From: an uncultured Actinomycetota bacterium
GTDB lineage: Bacteria; Actinomycetota; Actinomycetes; Streptosporangiales; Streptosporangiaceae
Direction: 5' to 3'
Length of the DNA stretch: 64,000 nucleotides
NCBI GenBank assembly: GCA_963823735.1
Contig: CAWGMO010000002.1
Coordinates: 2,998,848 to 3,062,847, forward strand
In this document: in pieces, positions 37,685 through 47,348 of the stretch
How positions within the stretch are numbered: the stretch's first letter is position 1
Layout: each line of letters starts with the position of its first letter
Made by a program: the position numbers and the translations under genes
Notes under the pieces: generated by a model
Seen by the model: only the letters and a program-made list of their open reading frames with translations
Told to the model about the DNA's origin: nothing
Database searches by the model: none

Positions 37685-38542
37685 ATGACGCAGACCCTCG
37701 GCGCGACCAAACCACGCCGCGCCGAGCTGGGCCGTTTCCTGAAGGCACGGCGGGCCAGGCTGCGTCCGGAGGACGTCGGCCTGCCACCCGGCCCGCGCCG
37801 CCGCACACCGGGCCTGCGCCGCGAGGAGGTCGCCCTCCTCGCCGGCCTCGGCATCACCTGGTACACCTGGCTGGAGCAGGGCCGCCCGATCAACGCCAGC
37901 TCCCAGGTGCTCGACTCGGTGGCTCGTACGCTCCGGCTCGACCGCGCCGGGCGCGAGCACCTCTACCGGCTCGCCGAGGCGACGCCCGTACGCTTCGGCG
38001 CCCTGCCGTCCGACGTGCCGCCGGCGCTCCTCGACATCCTGAACGGGCTCGACCCGCTACCCGCCGCGATCATGAACTCCCGCTTCGACATCATCGCGTC
38101 CAACGACGCGCACCAGGACCTCTTCCACGACTGGCACAGCCTGCCGTGCGTGCACAAGAACCTGCTGTGGTGCTGCGTCACCGAGCCGATGGCGCGTGAC
38201 CTGTTCCTCAACTACGACGACGAGGTCCCGCATCTCGTCGCGCGGCTCCGCTCGGCGTACGGCCGTCACGTGGGCGAGCCGGAGTGGGAGGAGGACATCC
38301 GGCGCCTGACGGAGCTGAACCCGGAGTTCGCCGACCTGTGGTCACGGCACGAGGTCGCCGAGCCGTCCGCCCGCACCCACCTCTTCCGGCATCCCGTCGC
38401 GGGCGTGCTGACGTTCACCAAGACCGAGCTGGCCGCCTCCACCACGCAGGACCTGCGGATCGGCGTCCACACCCCGGCGGACGAGCAGACCTGGCAGCGC
38501 CTGCCCATGACCCGCGGCCCCTCGGGGCGACTCGAAGATTGA
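37685..38542 (+). CDS. MmyB-like helix-turn-helix transcriptional regulator (XRE family with a C-terminal ligand-binding domain)
   Basis: LGRFLKARRARLRPEDVGLPPGPRRRTPGLRREEVALLAGLGITWYTWLEQGR...VLDSVARTLRL is the characteristic MmyB-family N-terminus. A PAS-like C-terminal domain follows. Confidence 0.8.
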   Translation: MTQTLGATKPRRAELGRFLKARRARLRPEDVGLPPGPRRRTPGLRREEVALLAGLGITWYTWLEQGRPINASSQVLDSVARTLRLDRAGREHLYRLAEATPVRFGALPSDVPPALLDILNGLDPLPAAIMNSRFDIIASNDAHQDLFHDWHSLPCVHKNLLWCCVTEPMARDLFLNYDDEVPHLVARLRSAYGRHVGEPEWEEDIRRLTELNPEFADLWSRHEVAEPSARTHLFRHPVAGVLTFTKTELAASTTQDLRIGVHTPADEQTWQRLPMTRGPSGRLED

Positions 38543-38548
38543 ACGCGA

Positions 38549-38579
38549 AACGGGCCCGGCGCGTCGCGCCGGGCCCGTT
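38549..38579. terminator. GC-rich hairpin between convergent genes (AACGGGCCCGGCGC / GCGCCGGGCCCGTT)
   Basis: 14-nt perfect arms located between the stop at 38542 (+) and the stop at 38597 (-). It could terminate both transcripts. Confidence 0.5.
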
Positions 38580-38596
38580 CGGTGAAAGGTGCCGGA

Positions 38597-39796
38597 TCAG
38601 AAGGCTCCGGTGCCGTTCGGGGTGCCGAGACCGGTCGGGCCGTCCCAGCCGGGGCCCGCGTTGCACCACTGCGTGGTGGGGCAGGACCCGTTGCTCCCGG
38701 AGGTCACGTCGAACAGCGAGTCGGCGTGAGCGTACGGGGTGTTGTTGTCGACCGACGAGGCGTTGCCCGCGAGGCCGAAGATGCCGCCGACGACCGGGGC
38801 CGCGACGCTGGTGCCACCGAAGACCATCCAGCCGCTCTGGCCGCCGGCCGCGGTGCTGTCGTAGACGGCGACGCCGGTGGCCGGGTCGGCCACGGCGGAG
38901 ACGTCGGCGACGGCGCGCCCGGTGCAGCCCGTGTTGGCGCCGGCCTGGCCGGAGAGCGCGGTGTTGAGGTCGGAGCAGCCGCTGCCGGCGCCGTCCCAAG
39001 CGGACTCGCTCCAGCCGCGGGCACTGCCGTCCTTGGTGAGCGAGGTGCCGCCCACGGCGGTGACGTACTGGGAGGAGGCCGGGTACTCGACGCCGTAGCC
39101 GGAGTCACCGGAGCTGACCGTCATGATGACGCCCGGGTGGTTGTAGTACTGGCCGTAGTCCGAGTCGGCCGCGTCCGAGCCGCCGTAGCTGTTGCTGACG
39201 ACGCTGGCCATGCCGGCGGCGGTGTTCACCGCGGTGCCGAGGTCCTCGAAGGAGGCGGAGTTCGCCTCGACGAGCACGATGTTGCAGCTCGGGCAGACGG
39301 CCGACACCATGTCGACGTCCAGGGAGATCTCCTGGCCCCAGCCGGCGTCGCCGGTCGGGTAGGAGGAGCCGCCGTTCTGGTCGACCTTCTTGAAGCAGCC
39401 GTTGGCCGTGCTGCACTCGGGGAGGCCGAACTGGCTGCGGTAGGTCGCCAGGTCCTGCTCGGCGGTCGGCGCGTCGTACGCGTCGACGATCGCGACCGTC
39501 TGGCCGGAGCCGCCGGCACCGAGCTTGTAGGCGTCCTGCAGGTCGGCCGGGGCCAGACCGGACGGGGCCGCGGCCTCCGCGCGCAGGGACTTGTTGCTCT
39601 TGGCGATGTCGCTACGGACGAGCGCCTGGCAGGCGGCGAAGCCGGCCTTCGGGGTGTCCGAGCAGGCGTGGTGGAACGAGTGGGAAACGGCGGCGGCCGG
39701 AGCCGCAGCCGGGGCGGCGTTCGCCGCTCCGGACATGAGGGGGGCGAGGGCGAGGATCAGACCGCCCACAACCACCCCGGTGATGCGTCGTCGCAT
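38597..39796 (-). CDS. secreted S53 (sedolisin/kumamolisin-like) serine peptidase with propeptide
   Basis: Signal peptide, a pro-domain (LAPADLQDAYKL), VAIVDAYD, EISLDVDMVSAVCP, and the catalytic Ser motif GGTSVAAPVVGGIF. Confidence 0.8.
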   Translation of the reverse strand: MRRRITGVVVGGLILALAPLMSGAANAAPAAAPAAAVSHSFHHACSDTPKAGFAACQALVRSDIAKSNKSLRAEAAAPSGLAPADLQDAYKLGAGGSGQTVAIVDAYDAPTAEQDLATYRSQFGLPECSTANGCFKKVDQNGGSSYPTGDAGWGQEISLDVDMVSAVCPSCNIVLVEANSASFEDLGTAVNTAAGMASVVSNSYGGSDAADSDYGQYYNHPGVIMTVSSGDSGYGVEYPASSQYVTAVGGTSLTKDGSARGWSESAWDGAGSGCSDLNTALSGQAGANTGCTGRAVADVSAVADPATGVAVYDSTAAGGQSGWMVFGGTSVAAPVVGGIFGLAGNASSVDNNTPYAHADSLFDVTSGSNGSCPTTQWCNAGPGWDGPTGLGTPNGTGAF

Positions 39797-39838
39797 TTGC
39801 TCTCCTAAGAGCTGGCGGGGGTACGACGACTGGAATCC

Positions 39839-39855
39839 TCACATATGTCATGTGA
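39839..39855. promoter_or_regulatory. palindrome TCACAT-ATGTC-ATGTGA in the AT-rich region upstream of the S53 protease
   Basis: Perfect 6-bp arms 43 nt upstream of the protease start codon, in a region far below the local GC content. Confidence 0.3.
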
Positions 39856-39928
39856 TGACCAAAAGCCCCTATTACTCCGAAAGTTCGTAAAGAATTCGTC
39901 ATTTTTGTCAGATCGTAGTGAATTTTTA

Positions 39929-39943
39929 GGTCACAGCGTGACC
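39929..39943. promoter_or_regulatory. palindrome GGTCAC-AGC-GTGACC, with further GTCAC/GTGAC half-sites nearby
   Basis: Perfect 6-bp arms. Related half-sites follow: GGGTCACC at about 39958, ACGTGACG at about 39984, and GCGTGACC at about 40078. Confidence 0.3.
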
Positions 39944-40112
39944 GGGTTGACCACAGAGGGTCACCTCGCCGGTAAACCCGGAAACGTGACGCTGCCGACC
40001 GCGCCCGCCCTCGTCCCGGGCGGTCGAGCGCCGATATTTTCAACGCGAAACCAATTCACGAAATGACGTGGTCAACGCGCGTGACCAGATGCGGATTCAG
40101 CCGTGTCATGCC

Positions 40113-40505
40113 TCAGACAACCGCCGTGACTTCGACCTCCAGGAGCGCGCCGGGGAAGAACAGGCGGGACACCTCGACCGTCGTGCTCGTCGGCGGCGTG
40201 CCGGTGAAGTACCGGGTCCGCACCGCTCCGTACGCCCGCCGCTGGTCCATGTCGGCCAGGTAGGTGCGGATGTTCACGACGTCCGCGAGCGTCGCGCCGT
40301 GGGCGGTCAGGATCGCGGCGACGGTCTCCATCACGCACTCCGACTGCGCGGTCATGTCGCCCTCGCCGACCAGCCGCCCGTCCGCGTCGAGCGCGATCTG
40401 GCCGGACAGGAACAGCATCACCTTGTCCCCGAGTTCCACGCGTGCAACGTGGGAGTACGGGCCCGCGGGCGCCGGCACCGTCGCGGGGTCGTCGAAGACC
40501 GTCAT
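40113..40505 (-). CDS. ridA: RidA/YjgF/UK114-family reactive-intermediate deaminase
   Basis: AGPYSHVARV...LFLSGQIALD...DVVNIRTYL...PPTSTTVEVSRLFFPGALLEVEV. ATG at 40505; an alternative GTG lies at 40520. Confidence 0.85.
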   Translation of the reverse strand: MTVFDDPATVPAPAGPYSHVARVELGDKVMLFLSGQIALDADGRLVGEGDMTAQSECVMETVAAILTAHGATLADVVNIRTYLADMDQRRAYGAVRTRYFTGTPPTSTTVEVSRLFFPGALLEVEVTAVV

Positions 40506-40524
40506 GTGAAAACCTTTCACGTTA

Positions 40525-40543
40525 GGCCTCTCAACGAGAGGCC
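40525..40543. promoter_or_regulatory. palindrome GGCCTCTC-AAC-GAGAGGCC in the ridA/LysR divergent spacer
   Basis: Perfect 8-bp arms between the divergent starts at 40505 and 40628. It is a candidate LysR operator or a 5'-UTR hairpin. Confidence 0.3.
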
Positions 40544-40627
40544 CGGGACAGCCACGCTAGGGAGCGCGGCGGCATTCCACCAGCGAAGATCAAGCATGTA
40601 CGGCATGCGGAGCTAGCATGGGTTCTC

Positions 40628-41536
40628 ATGGACACGACACTGCTCGCCGTCTTCGGGGAGGTCGCACGGCGCGGCTCGTTCACGGCCGCCGCCGAGGCGC
40701 TCGGCTACACGCAGTCCGCGGTGTCCCGGCAGATCTCGACGCTGGAGAACGAGGTCGGCGCGGTGCTGTTCGACCGGCTGCCGCGCGGGGTCCGGCTGAC
40801 CGAGGAGGGCCGCTGCGTCCTGCCGCACGCCCACGCGATCACCGACCGCCTGGCGGCGGCGCGCGGTGACCTGCGCGACCTGCGTGACCTGTCCGCCGGG
40901 CGGCTGCGCCTGGGTGCCTTCCCGACCGCCGACGCCGCGCTGGTCCCCCGCGCGCTGGCCGCCTTCCGCGCCGCGTATCCGGACGTCGTCCTGTCGCTCG
41001 CCGAGGGCCTCGTACGCGACCAGGTCGCACGGCTGCACGCGGGCGACATCGACCTCGCGATCGTCGCCTCGTCCACGCCGGACGCCCTCGACGGCCTCGA
41101 CCTCGCGCACCTGCTGGACGACCCGATGTACGTCGCGCTGCACCCCGGCCATCCCCTCGCCGGGCGCGGCGGGCTGCGGCCCGCCGACCTCGCCGACGAG
41201 GACTGGATCGCGGGCAGCACGCGCGTGGAGGACACCCTGATCGGCGGCGTCCTCGACCGGGGGTTCCGGCCCCGGATCGGCTACATCGCCGGCGAGTGGA
41301 TCGCCAAGCAGGGCCTGGTCGCGGCCGGGCTGGGCGTCACGCTCATCCCGTCGCTCGCCGCCGGCGCGGCACGCCCGGACATCGTCCTGGTGCCGCTGGT
41401 CTCCCCCGGCGCGCCCGTACGCGCGGTGTACGCGGCGACCGTGCCCGGCGTGACGCCGCCGCCCGCGCTGACCGCCTTCCGCGGCTTCCTCGCCGAGGCG
41501 GTCACCGCTCTGCGGGCGAGCCTCCCCGGCGCCTGA
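40628..41536 (+). CDS. LysR-family transcriptional regulator
   Basis: The HTH FGEVARRGSFTAAAEALGYTQSAVSRQISTLE is followed by a periplasmic-binding-protein-like effector domain. Confidence 0.9.
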   Translation: MDTTLLAVFGEVARRGSFTAAAEALGYTQSAVSRQISTLENEVGAVLFDRLPRGVRLTEEGRCVLPHAHAITDRLAAARGDLRDLRDLSAGRLRLGAFPTADAALVPRALAAFRAAYPDVVLSLAEGLVRDQVARLHAGDIDLAIVASSTPDALDGLDLAHLLDDPMYVALHPGHPLAGRGGLRPADLADEDWIAGSTRVEDTLIGGVLDRGFRPRIGYIAGEWIAKQGLVAAGLGVTLIPSLAAGAARPDIVLVPLVSPGAPVRAVYAATVPGVTPPPALTAFRGFLAEAVTALRASLPGA

Positions 41537-42344
41537 ACCTCCGGCCGAGTGCCTCCATCCGCTGGATCGCCTCCTCGCCGCCCGCGCGTGCGGCCCTGCG
41601 CATGAGCGGGGGCGAGAGCCGGGACAGGGCGTACGCGCCGTGGGCCGCGCCGGTGACCGGCACGACGGGGCGGTCGCGTTCGACGGCGCGGACGATCGCC
41701 TTCGCGACGGCCTCGGGGCCGGGCGCGAGGCGGCCCGCGAGGCGCTCGGCCAGCTCGCCGCGCCCTCTGGCCTGCTCGGCGTCGAGGCCGGCGTAGCGCG
41801 CGGCGCGGTAGATGCCGGTATTGATGAACCCCGGGCAGATCGCGCTCACGCCGACGCCGGTGCCGGCCAGGTCGGCGCGCAGGCACTCGCTGAGCATCAG
41901 CACTCCGGCCTTCGACGTGCAGTACGCGGGCAGCGCGCGGCTCGGCGTGAACGCCGCCGCCGAGGCGACGTTGACGATGTGGCCGCGCCCGTGCCGGACC
42001 ATCGCCGGGCCGAAGAACAGGCAGCCGTGCACGACGCCCATCAGGTTCACGTCGATGGTCCGCCGCCAGTCGTCCACGGTGTGGTCGAAGAAGGACCCGC
42101 CGACGCCGATGCCGGCGTTGTTGACGACGATGGCGGGAGCGCCGTACTCGTCGTCCACCCACGCGGCGAAGCGTTCCATCGCGCCCGCGTCGGCGACGTC
42201 GACCGCGTACGGGACCCCGACCTCGGCCGCCTTCTCCTCGTCGAGGTCGGCGCAGATCACCGTCAGGCCGCGTGCCTTCAGGGCCAGCGCGGTCGCCCGC
42301 CCGATTCCGCTGGCCGCCCCGGTCACGACCGCTGCTCGTGTCAC
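41502..42344 (-). CDS. SDR-family oxidoreductase
   Basis: Carries TGAASGIG, NNAG and S...YCTSK motifs. Confidence 0.85.
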   Translation of the reverse strand: MTRAAVVTGAASGIGRATALALKARGLTVICADLDEEKAAEVGVPYAVDVADAGAMERFAAWVDDEYGAPAIVVNNAGIGVGGSFFDHTVDDWRRTIDVNLMGVVHGCLFFGPAMVRHGRGHIVNVASAAAFTPSRALPAYCTSKAGVLMLSECLRADLAGTGVGVSAICPGFINTGIYRAARYAGLDAEQARGRGELAERLAGRLAPGPEAVAKAIVRAVERDRPVVPVTGAAHGAYALSRLSPPLMRRAARAGGEEAIQRMEALGRRFRRRGGSPAER

Positions 42345-42367
42345 GCCCCGAGCGTAGCCTGGCGCGC

Positions 42368-42994
42368 ATGCGCGACTGGGTGGAGTGGCACGCGGCGTAC
42401 GAGGAGGCGGGCTCGGCGCTGAGCAGGCGGCTCGCCGAGGTCCAGGCTCAGATCAGGGCGGCGCTCGACGGCGCCGCCCCCGGCCCGGTGCGCGTGGTGA
42501 GCATGTGCGCGGGCCAGGGCCACGACATCCTCGGCGTTCTGGCCGACCACCCGCGCCGCGCCGACGTCACGGGCCGCCTCGTCGAGCTGGACCCGCACAA
42601 CGCCGAGGCCGCGCGGCAGGCCGCCCCCGCCGGGATCGACGTGGTCACCGGCGACGCCGCGGTGACGGACGCGTACGCCGGAGCGGTCCCCGCCGGCCTG
42701 GTCCTGGCCTGCGGTGTCTTCGGCAACATCTCGGACGCCGACATCGCGTACACGATCGGCTGCCTGCCGCAGCTGTGCGCGCCGGGCGCGACGGTCGTGT
42801 GGACCCGCCACACCGAGGAGCCGGACCTCACCCCCGAGATCCGCGGCCGGTTCGCCGGCGCGGGGTTCACCGAGGTCTCCTTCGCGGCGCTCGCCGGCAC
42901 CTCGGTGAGCGTCGGCGCGCACCGGTTCACGCGCGCGCCGGAGCCGCTGCGGCCGGGTGTGCGGATGTTCACGTTCACCGGCGAACCCCAGTGA
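42368..42994 (+). CDS. class I SAM-dependent methyltransferase (small, single domain)
   Basis: VVSMCAGQGHDILG (motif I), LVELD, and LACGVFGNISD. ATG at 42368, in frame with the track ORF. Confidence 0.7.
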   Translation: MRDWVEWHAAYEEAGSALSRRLAEVQAQIRAALDGAAPGPVRVVSMCAGQGHDILGVLADHPRRADVTGRLVELDPHNAEAARQAAPAGIDVVTGDAAVTDAYAGAVPAGLVLACGVFGNISDADIAYTIGCLPQLCAPGATVVWTRHTEEPDLTPEIRGRFAGAGFTEVSFAALAGTSVSVGAHRFTRAPEPLRPGVRMFTFTGEPQ

Positions 42995-43228
42995 GCGCCG
43001 CCGATTCCGGCGCCCGGCCGCCCTATTCCCTATTTAACAGGTTGACTTTGTTCTATATCTCGCCCACGATGACGGCGTGAGTACAGGACAGCTCCTCGTG
43101 ACGCGCCTCCACGTCGACCTCCGGCGGCAGGCCAGCGCGCTCTGTGCGCCCTCCGCCTGAGTCCGTCCCACGCCGCCGACGACGCCGGCCCCGTCCCCAG
43201 ATAGAACTCACGCTCCAAAGGCCTTGCC

Positions 43229-44053
43229 ATGTCCTCACCTGCCCTCGGTCTGGGGCCGGCGCGACGTGCCGTACGGGAACGCGCACGCGTCCCGTCGGCG
43301 ACCGGTCCGCTCCGGCTCGTCAGTCCCCTCCTCCTACTCCTGCTCTGGCAGGCCGCCAGTTCGTCCGGCCTGCTGTCCGAACGGCTCATCGCCTCCCCCG
43401 TCACGATCGCGCGTACGGCGGTCTCGCTCACGACGGCCGGCACCCTCCCGGACGCCATCGCCGTCTCGCTCCAGCGGGTCGTGATCGGCTTCGTCATCGG
43501 CGCGGCGGCGGCGATCGCCCTCGCCCTGCTCTCGGGGCTGAGCCGCCTCGGTGAGAACGCCATCGACCCGCCCATGCAGATGCTCCGCGCGCTGCCGTTC
43601 TACGGCCTGATCCCGCTGTTCATCCTCTGGTTCGGGATCGGCGAGACGCCCAAGATCGCGCTGGTCGCCCTCGGGGTGGCGTTCCCGCTGTACCTCAACA
43701 CCTTCGCGGGCATCCGCGGCGTCGACGGCAAGCTCGTCGAGGCCGGCCGCACCCTGCGTCTCAGCCGGACCGCGCTGATCCGGAACGTGATCCTGCCCGG
43801 CGCGCTGCCCCAGGCGCTGGTCGGCCTGCGGCAGAGCCTCGGCGTCGCCTGGCTCGCGCTGATCGTCGCCGAGCAGGTCAACGCCGACTCCGGCCTCGGC
43901 TGGATGATCAACGACGCCCGCGAGTTCATGCGCACCGACGTCATCGTCGTCGGCCTGGTCGTCTACAGCGCCCTCGGCCTCATCACCGACGCACTCGTAC
44001 GTCTCATCGAGAGGAGGGCCCTGGCATGGCGACGAGCCTTCCAACCCGGGTGA
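43229..44053 (+). CDS. ssuC: aliphatic sulfonate/nitrate/taurine-type ABC transporter permease
   Basis: About six TM spans and the EAA-like loop LVEAGRTLRLSRTALIRNVILPGALP. Confidence 0.8.
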   Translation: MSSPALGLGPARRAVRERARVPSATGPLRLVSPLLLLLLWQAASSSGLLSERLIASPVTIARTAVSLTTAGTLPDAIAVSLQRVVIGFVIGAAAAIALALLSGLSRLGENAIDPPMQMLRALPFYGLIPLFILWFGIGETPKIALVALGVAFPLYLNTFAGIRGVDGKLVEAGRTLRLSRTALIRNVILPGALPQALVGLRQSLGVAWLALIVAEQVNADSGLGWMINDAREFMRTDVIVVGLVVYSALGLITDALVRLIERRALAWRRAFQPG

Positions 44054-44761
44054 CGAGCGACCACGTGGCGAGCACGCGGGGACTCGCCCGCGCCTTCGGC
44101 GACCGCGTGATCCTCGACCGGCTCGACCTCGACATCGAACGCGGGGAGTTCGTGGCCCTGCTCGGGCGCAGCGGCTCGGGCAAGTCCACGCTGCTGCGCG
44201 CGCTGGCCGGCCTCGACCGGGAGACCGGCGGGAACCTCACGGTCGACGGCACGGTCTCCGTGGCGTTCCAGGAGCCTCGCCTCCTGCCGTGGAAGCGTGT
44301 GGCCGACAACGTGGCCCTCGGCCTGGAGGGCCCGCCGTCCAAGCGCAGGGGAACGCGCCCGGCGCGCGCTGGACGAGGTCGGCCTCGCCGCACTCGGTGA
44401 CGCCTGGCCGCTCACGCTCTCCGGCGGCGAGGCGCAGCGCGCGTCACTGGCGCGTGCCCTCGTACGCGAGCCGGGGCTGCTGCTCCTCGACGAGCCGTTC
44501 AGCGCCCTGGACGCCCTGACCCGGATCGCCATGCACCGGCTCGTCCTGGACCTGTGGAGCCGGCACGCGCCCGGCGTCCTGCTCGTCACCCACGACGTGG
44601 ACGAGGCGCTGCTGCTCGCCGACCGTGTCCTCATCCTGCAGGAGGGCCGCATCGCCTTCGAAACACGCGTCGAGGCCGAACGGCCCCGGCGTACCCATGA
44701 CCTCACCGCCCTGCGGACCGAGCTGCTCAGCCGGCTCGGCGTCGACGAAGGAACCTCATGA
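44026..44761 (+). pseudogene. ssuB: sulfonate ABC transporter ATP-binding protein, apparent 1-nt frameshift near 44345-44350
   Basis: Walker A (LLGRSGSGKSTLLR) is in one frame. The signature LSGGEAQRASLARAL, Walker B LLLLDEPFSALD and the H-loop VTHD are in the next. The junction lies at ...GLEGPPSKR / ERARRALDEVGL. Confidence 0.8.
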
Positions 44762-45760
44762 AGAGACTGTTCGCCCTGCTCACCGCCGCCGCGCTCGTGA
44801 CCGCGGCGGGCTGCGGCGACGCCTCGAACGGCGACGCGGCGGCCATCCGCAAGGACGGCTCGGTCGACCTGACGAAGGTGACGCTGCGCGTCGGCGACCA
44901 GAAGGCGGGGTCGCAGGTCCTGCTGCGGGCCGCCGGCCAGCTCACCGGCGTCAAGTACAAGATCACCTGGTCGCAGTTCACCTCGGGCCCGCCGCTCCTG
45001 GAGGCCGCCAACGCGAACGCCATCGACATCGGCGGCGTCGGCAACACGCCGCCGATCTTCGCCGCCGCCGCGGGGTCGAAGGTCACGGTCGTCGCGGCGG
45101 GCGCCCAGGACCTGTCCGCACAGGCGATCCTCGTGCCCAAGACCTCGGGGATCCGGACCATCCAGCGACCTGAAGGGCAAGAAGATCGCGCTGGCCAAGG
45201 GCAGCTCGGCGCACGCCCTGCTGCTCAACGTGCTGCGGAAGGCCGGCCTCGGGTTCGGCGACATCCAGCCGCAGTACCTCCAGCCCGCCGACGCCCTGTC
45301 GGCGTTCGGCGCGGGCAAGGTCGACGCCTGGTCGATCTGGGAGCCGTACACCGCGCAGGCACAGGCGCAGACCGGCGCACGCGCCCTCGTGTACGGCAAC
45401 GGCTTCGGCACCAACTACAACTTCAACGTCGCCTCCGACAAGGCGCTGAAGGACAAGGCCAAGGTCGCGGCCCTGCGCGACTACCTGACCCGCCTGAACC
45501 GCGCCACCGTGTGGTCCGCCACCCACCAGGGCGAGTGGGCGAAGACGTGGGCGTCGCAGATCGGCCTGCCGCTGCCCGTCGCCCTGGTCGCCGTACGCCG
45601 GCGGGTGACGAGGCCGGTCCCGATCGACGCCGCCGTGGTCAAGGGCGAGCAGGACCTCGCCGACGCCTTCTCCGGCGCGAAGCTCATCCCCGGCCACCTG
45701 AAGTTCGCCGACTTCACCGACACCCGATTCAACGACACCGTTTCCGGAGGATCGTCGTGA
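44758..45760 (+). pseudogene. ssuA: sulfonate-binding lipoprotein, apparent 1-nt frameshift near 45165
   Basis: Lipobox LVTAAGCG and the N-terminal half run up to ...KTSGIRTIQ. The C-terminal half, DLKGKKIALAKGSSAHALLLNVLRKAGL...KLIPGHLKFADF, is in the +1 frame. Track ORF 44758..46863 is an artefactual read-through. Confidence 0.8.
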
Positions 45761-46863
45761 CGAAGTTCCACTGGTTCCTGCCCACCAGCGGCGACGGCCG
45801 CACCATCGTCGGCGGCGGCCACGGGGCCGGCCGCCGGGGCGTGCGGCGTCCCCCCGACATCGAGTACCTCGCGCAGATCGCCCGCTCCGCCGAGCAGCTC
45901 GGCTTCGAGGGCGTGCTGACGCCGACGGGCACGCAGTGCGAGGACGCCTGGCTGACCACGGCCGCGCTCACCCGCGAGACCGAGCGCCTGAAGTTCCTCG
46001 TGGCGTTCCGTCCCGGCTTCCTGTCGCCGACGCTCGCCGCGCAGATGGCGGCGGCGTACCAGCGCATCTCCGGCGGCCGGCTGCTGCTCAACATCGTCAC
46101 CGGCGGGGAGGGCGCCGAGCAGCGCCGCTTCGGCGACCACCTCTCCCACGACGAGCGCTACGCGCGTACGGACGAGTTCCTGTCCATCCTGCGCGGGGCC
46201 TGGAGCGGCGAGCCGTACGACTTCGTCGGCGACTACTACGACGTCGAGGGCGCGACGGTCTCGCAGGCCCCGGACCCGGTGCCGCAGGTGTACTTCGGCG
46301 GCTCCTCGCCCGCGGCCGGCCCGGTGGCCGCCAAGCACGTGGACGTCTACCTCACCTGGGGCGAGCCGCCCACCGAGGTCAAGAAGAAGATCGACTGGAT
46401 GCGGGAGCTGGCCCAGCGCGAGGGGCGCGGGCTGAGGTTCGGGATCCGGCTGCACTCGGTGACCCGCGACACGGCCAAGGAGGCCTGGGCGGCGGCGAAC
46501 CGGCTGCTCGACGACCTCGACCCGGCCGAGATCGCGGCGGCGCAGAAGGGCCTCGCCACCAGCGAGTCGGTGGGCCAGGCGCGAATGCGCACGCTGCACG
46601 CGGACTACCGCGGCGGCGGGTCCGCCCACGACCTGGAGATCTATCCGAACCTGTGGGCGGGCGTCGGCCTCGTACGCGGCGGCGCGGGCACCGCGCTCGT
46701 CGGCAGCCACGCCCAGGTGGCCGAGCGGATCGCGGAGTACGCCTCGCTCGGCATCGAGGAGTTCATCTTCTCCGGCTACCCGCACCTGGAGGAGGCGTAC
46801 TGGTTCGGCGAGGGCGTCCTGCCGGAGCTGAACCGCCTCGGCCTGCTCAAGGACGCGGCGTGA
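45757..46863 (+). CDS. ssuD: FMNH2-dependent alkanesulfonate monooxygenase (LLM class)
   Basis: FHWFLPTSGDGR, GFEGVLTPTG, KFLVAFRPG, LLLNIVTGG, and IEEFIFSGYPHLEEA. The GTG start overlaps the ssuA stop. Confidence 0.9.
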   Translation: MTKFHWFLPTSGDGRTIVGGGHGAGRRGVRRPPDIEYLAQIARSAEQLGFEGVLTPTGTQCEDAWLTTAALTRETERLKFLVAFRPGFLSPTLAAQMAAAYQRISGGRLLLNIVTGGEGAEQRRFGDHLSHDERYARTDEFLSILRGAWSGEPYDFVGDYYDVEGATVSQAPDPVPQVYFGGSSPAAGPVAAKHVDVYLTWGEPPTEVKKKIDWMRELAQREGRGLRFGIRLHSVTRDTAKEAWAAANRLLDDLDPAEIAAAQKGLATSESVGQARMRTLHADYRGGGSAHDLEIYPNLWAGVGLVRGGAGTALVGSHAQVAERIAEYASLGIEEFIFSGYPHLEEAYWFGEGVLPELNRLGLLKDAA

Positions 46864-47348
46864 GCGGCCGCGTCGTCGCGCTGGTGGGCAACCCGCGCCC
46901 CGGCTCGCGTACGCACGCGGTCGCGGAGCTGGCGGCTCGTACGGTCGCGCCGGACACCACGCCGGAGATCGTCGACCTGACCGGACTCGCGCCGGTGCTG
47001 CTCGCCCCGACGCCGTCGGCGGCCCTGGACGACGCGGTCGAACGCGTCCGTGCGGCCGGGATCCTCGTGGTGGCGAGCCCGACGTACAAGGGCACCTACA
47101 CCGGGCTGCTGAAGGCGTTCCTGGACCGGGTGCCGTCCCTGTCCGGCGTCGTCGCGCTGCCGCTGCTCGTGATGGGGTCGCCGCGGCACGCCCTCGCGGT
47201 CGAGGTGCACCTGCGCCCGCTGCTCGTCGAGCTGGGCGCGACGGTCCCGACACCGGGCCTGGCCGTGGTCGAGGCTGACCTGCCGCGGATCGAGGAGATC
47301 CTCACCGAGTGGGCGGCGGCCGTGCGGACACCCGAGGCCGTGTCATGA
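46860..47348 (+). CDS. ssuE: NAD(P)H-dependent FMN reductase (SsuE-like)
   Basis: VVALVGNPRPGSRTH...ILVVASPTYKGTYTGLLKAFLD. GTGA overlap with ssuD. Confidence 0.8.
   Translation: MSGRVVALVGNPRPGSRTHAVAELAARTVAPDTTPEIVDLTGLAPVLLAPTPSAALDDAVERVRAAGILVVASPTYKGTYTGLLKAFLDRVPSLSGVVALPLLVMGSPRHALAVEVHLRPLLVELGATVPTPGLAVVEADLPRIEEILTEWAAAVRTPEAVS

Noticed and set aside
37559-40112. A tRNA-associated genomic islet comprising the tRNA, the MmyB regulator, the S53 protease and the AT-rich spacer.
   Set aside because: There is no integrase or recombinase, and I found no direct repeat of the tRNA 3' end downstream. The two genes have the same codon bias as the rest of the window.
44758-46863. A 701-aa ORF that seems to fuse SsuA and SsuD.
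   Set aside because: The middle roughly 200 aa are nonsense. ssuA shifts frame at about 45165, and its true C-terminus ends at 45760, overlapping the ssuD GTG. By coincidence the wrong frame stays open.
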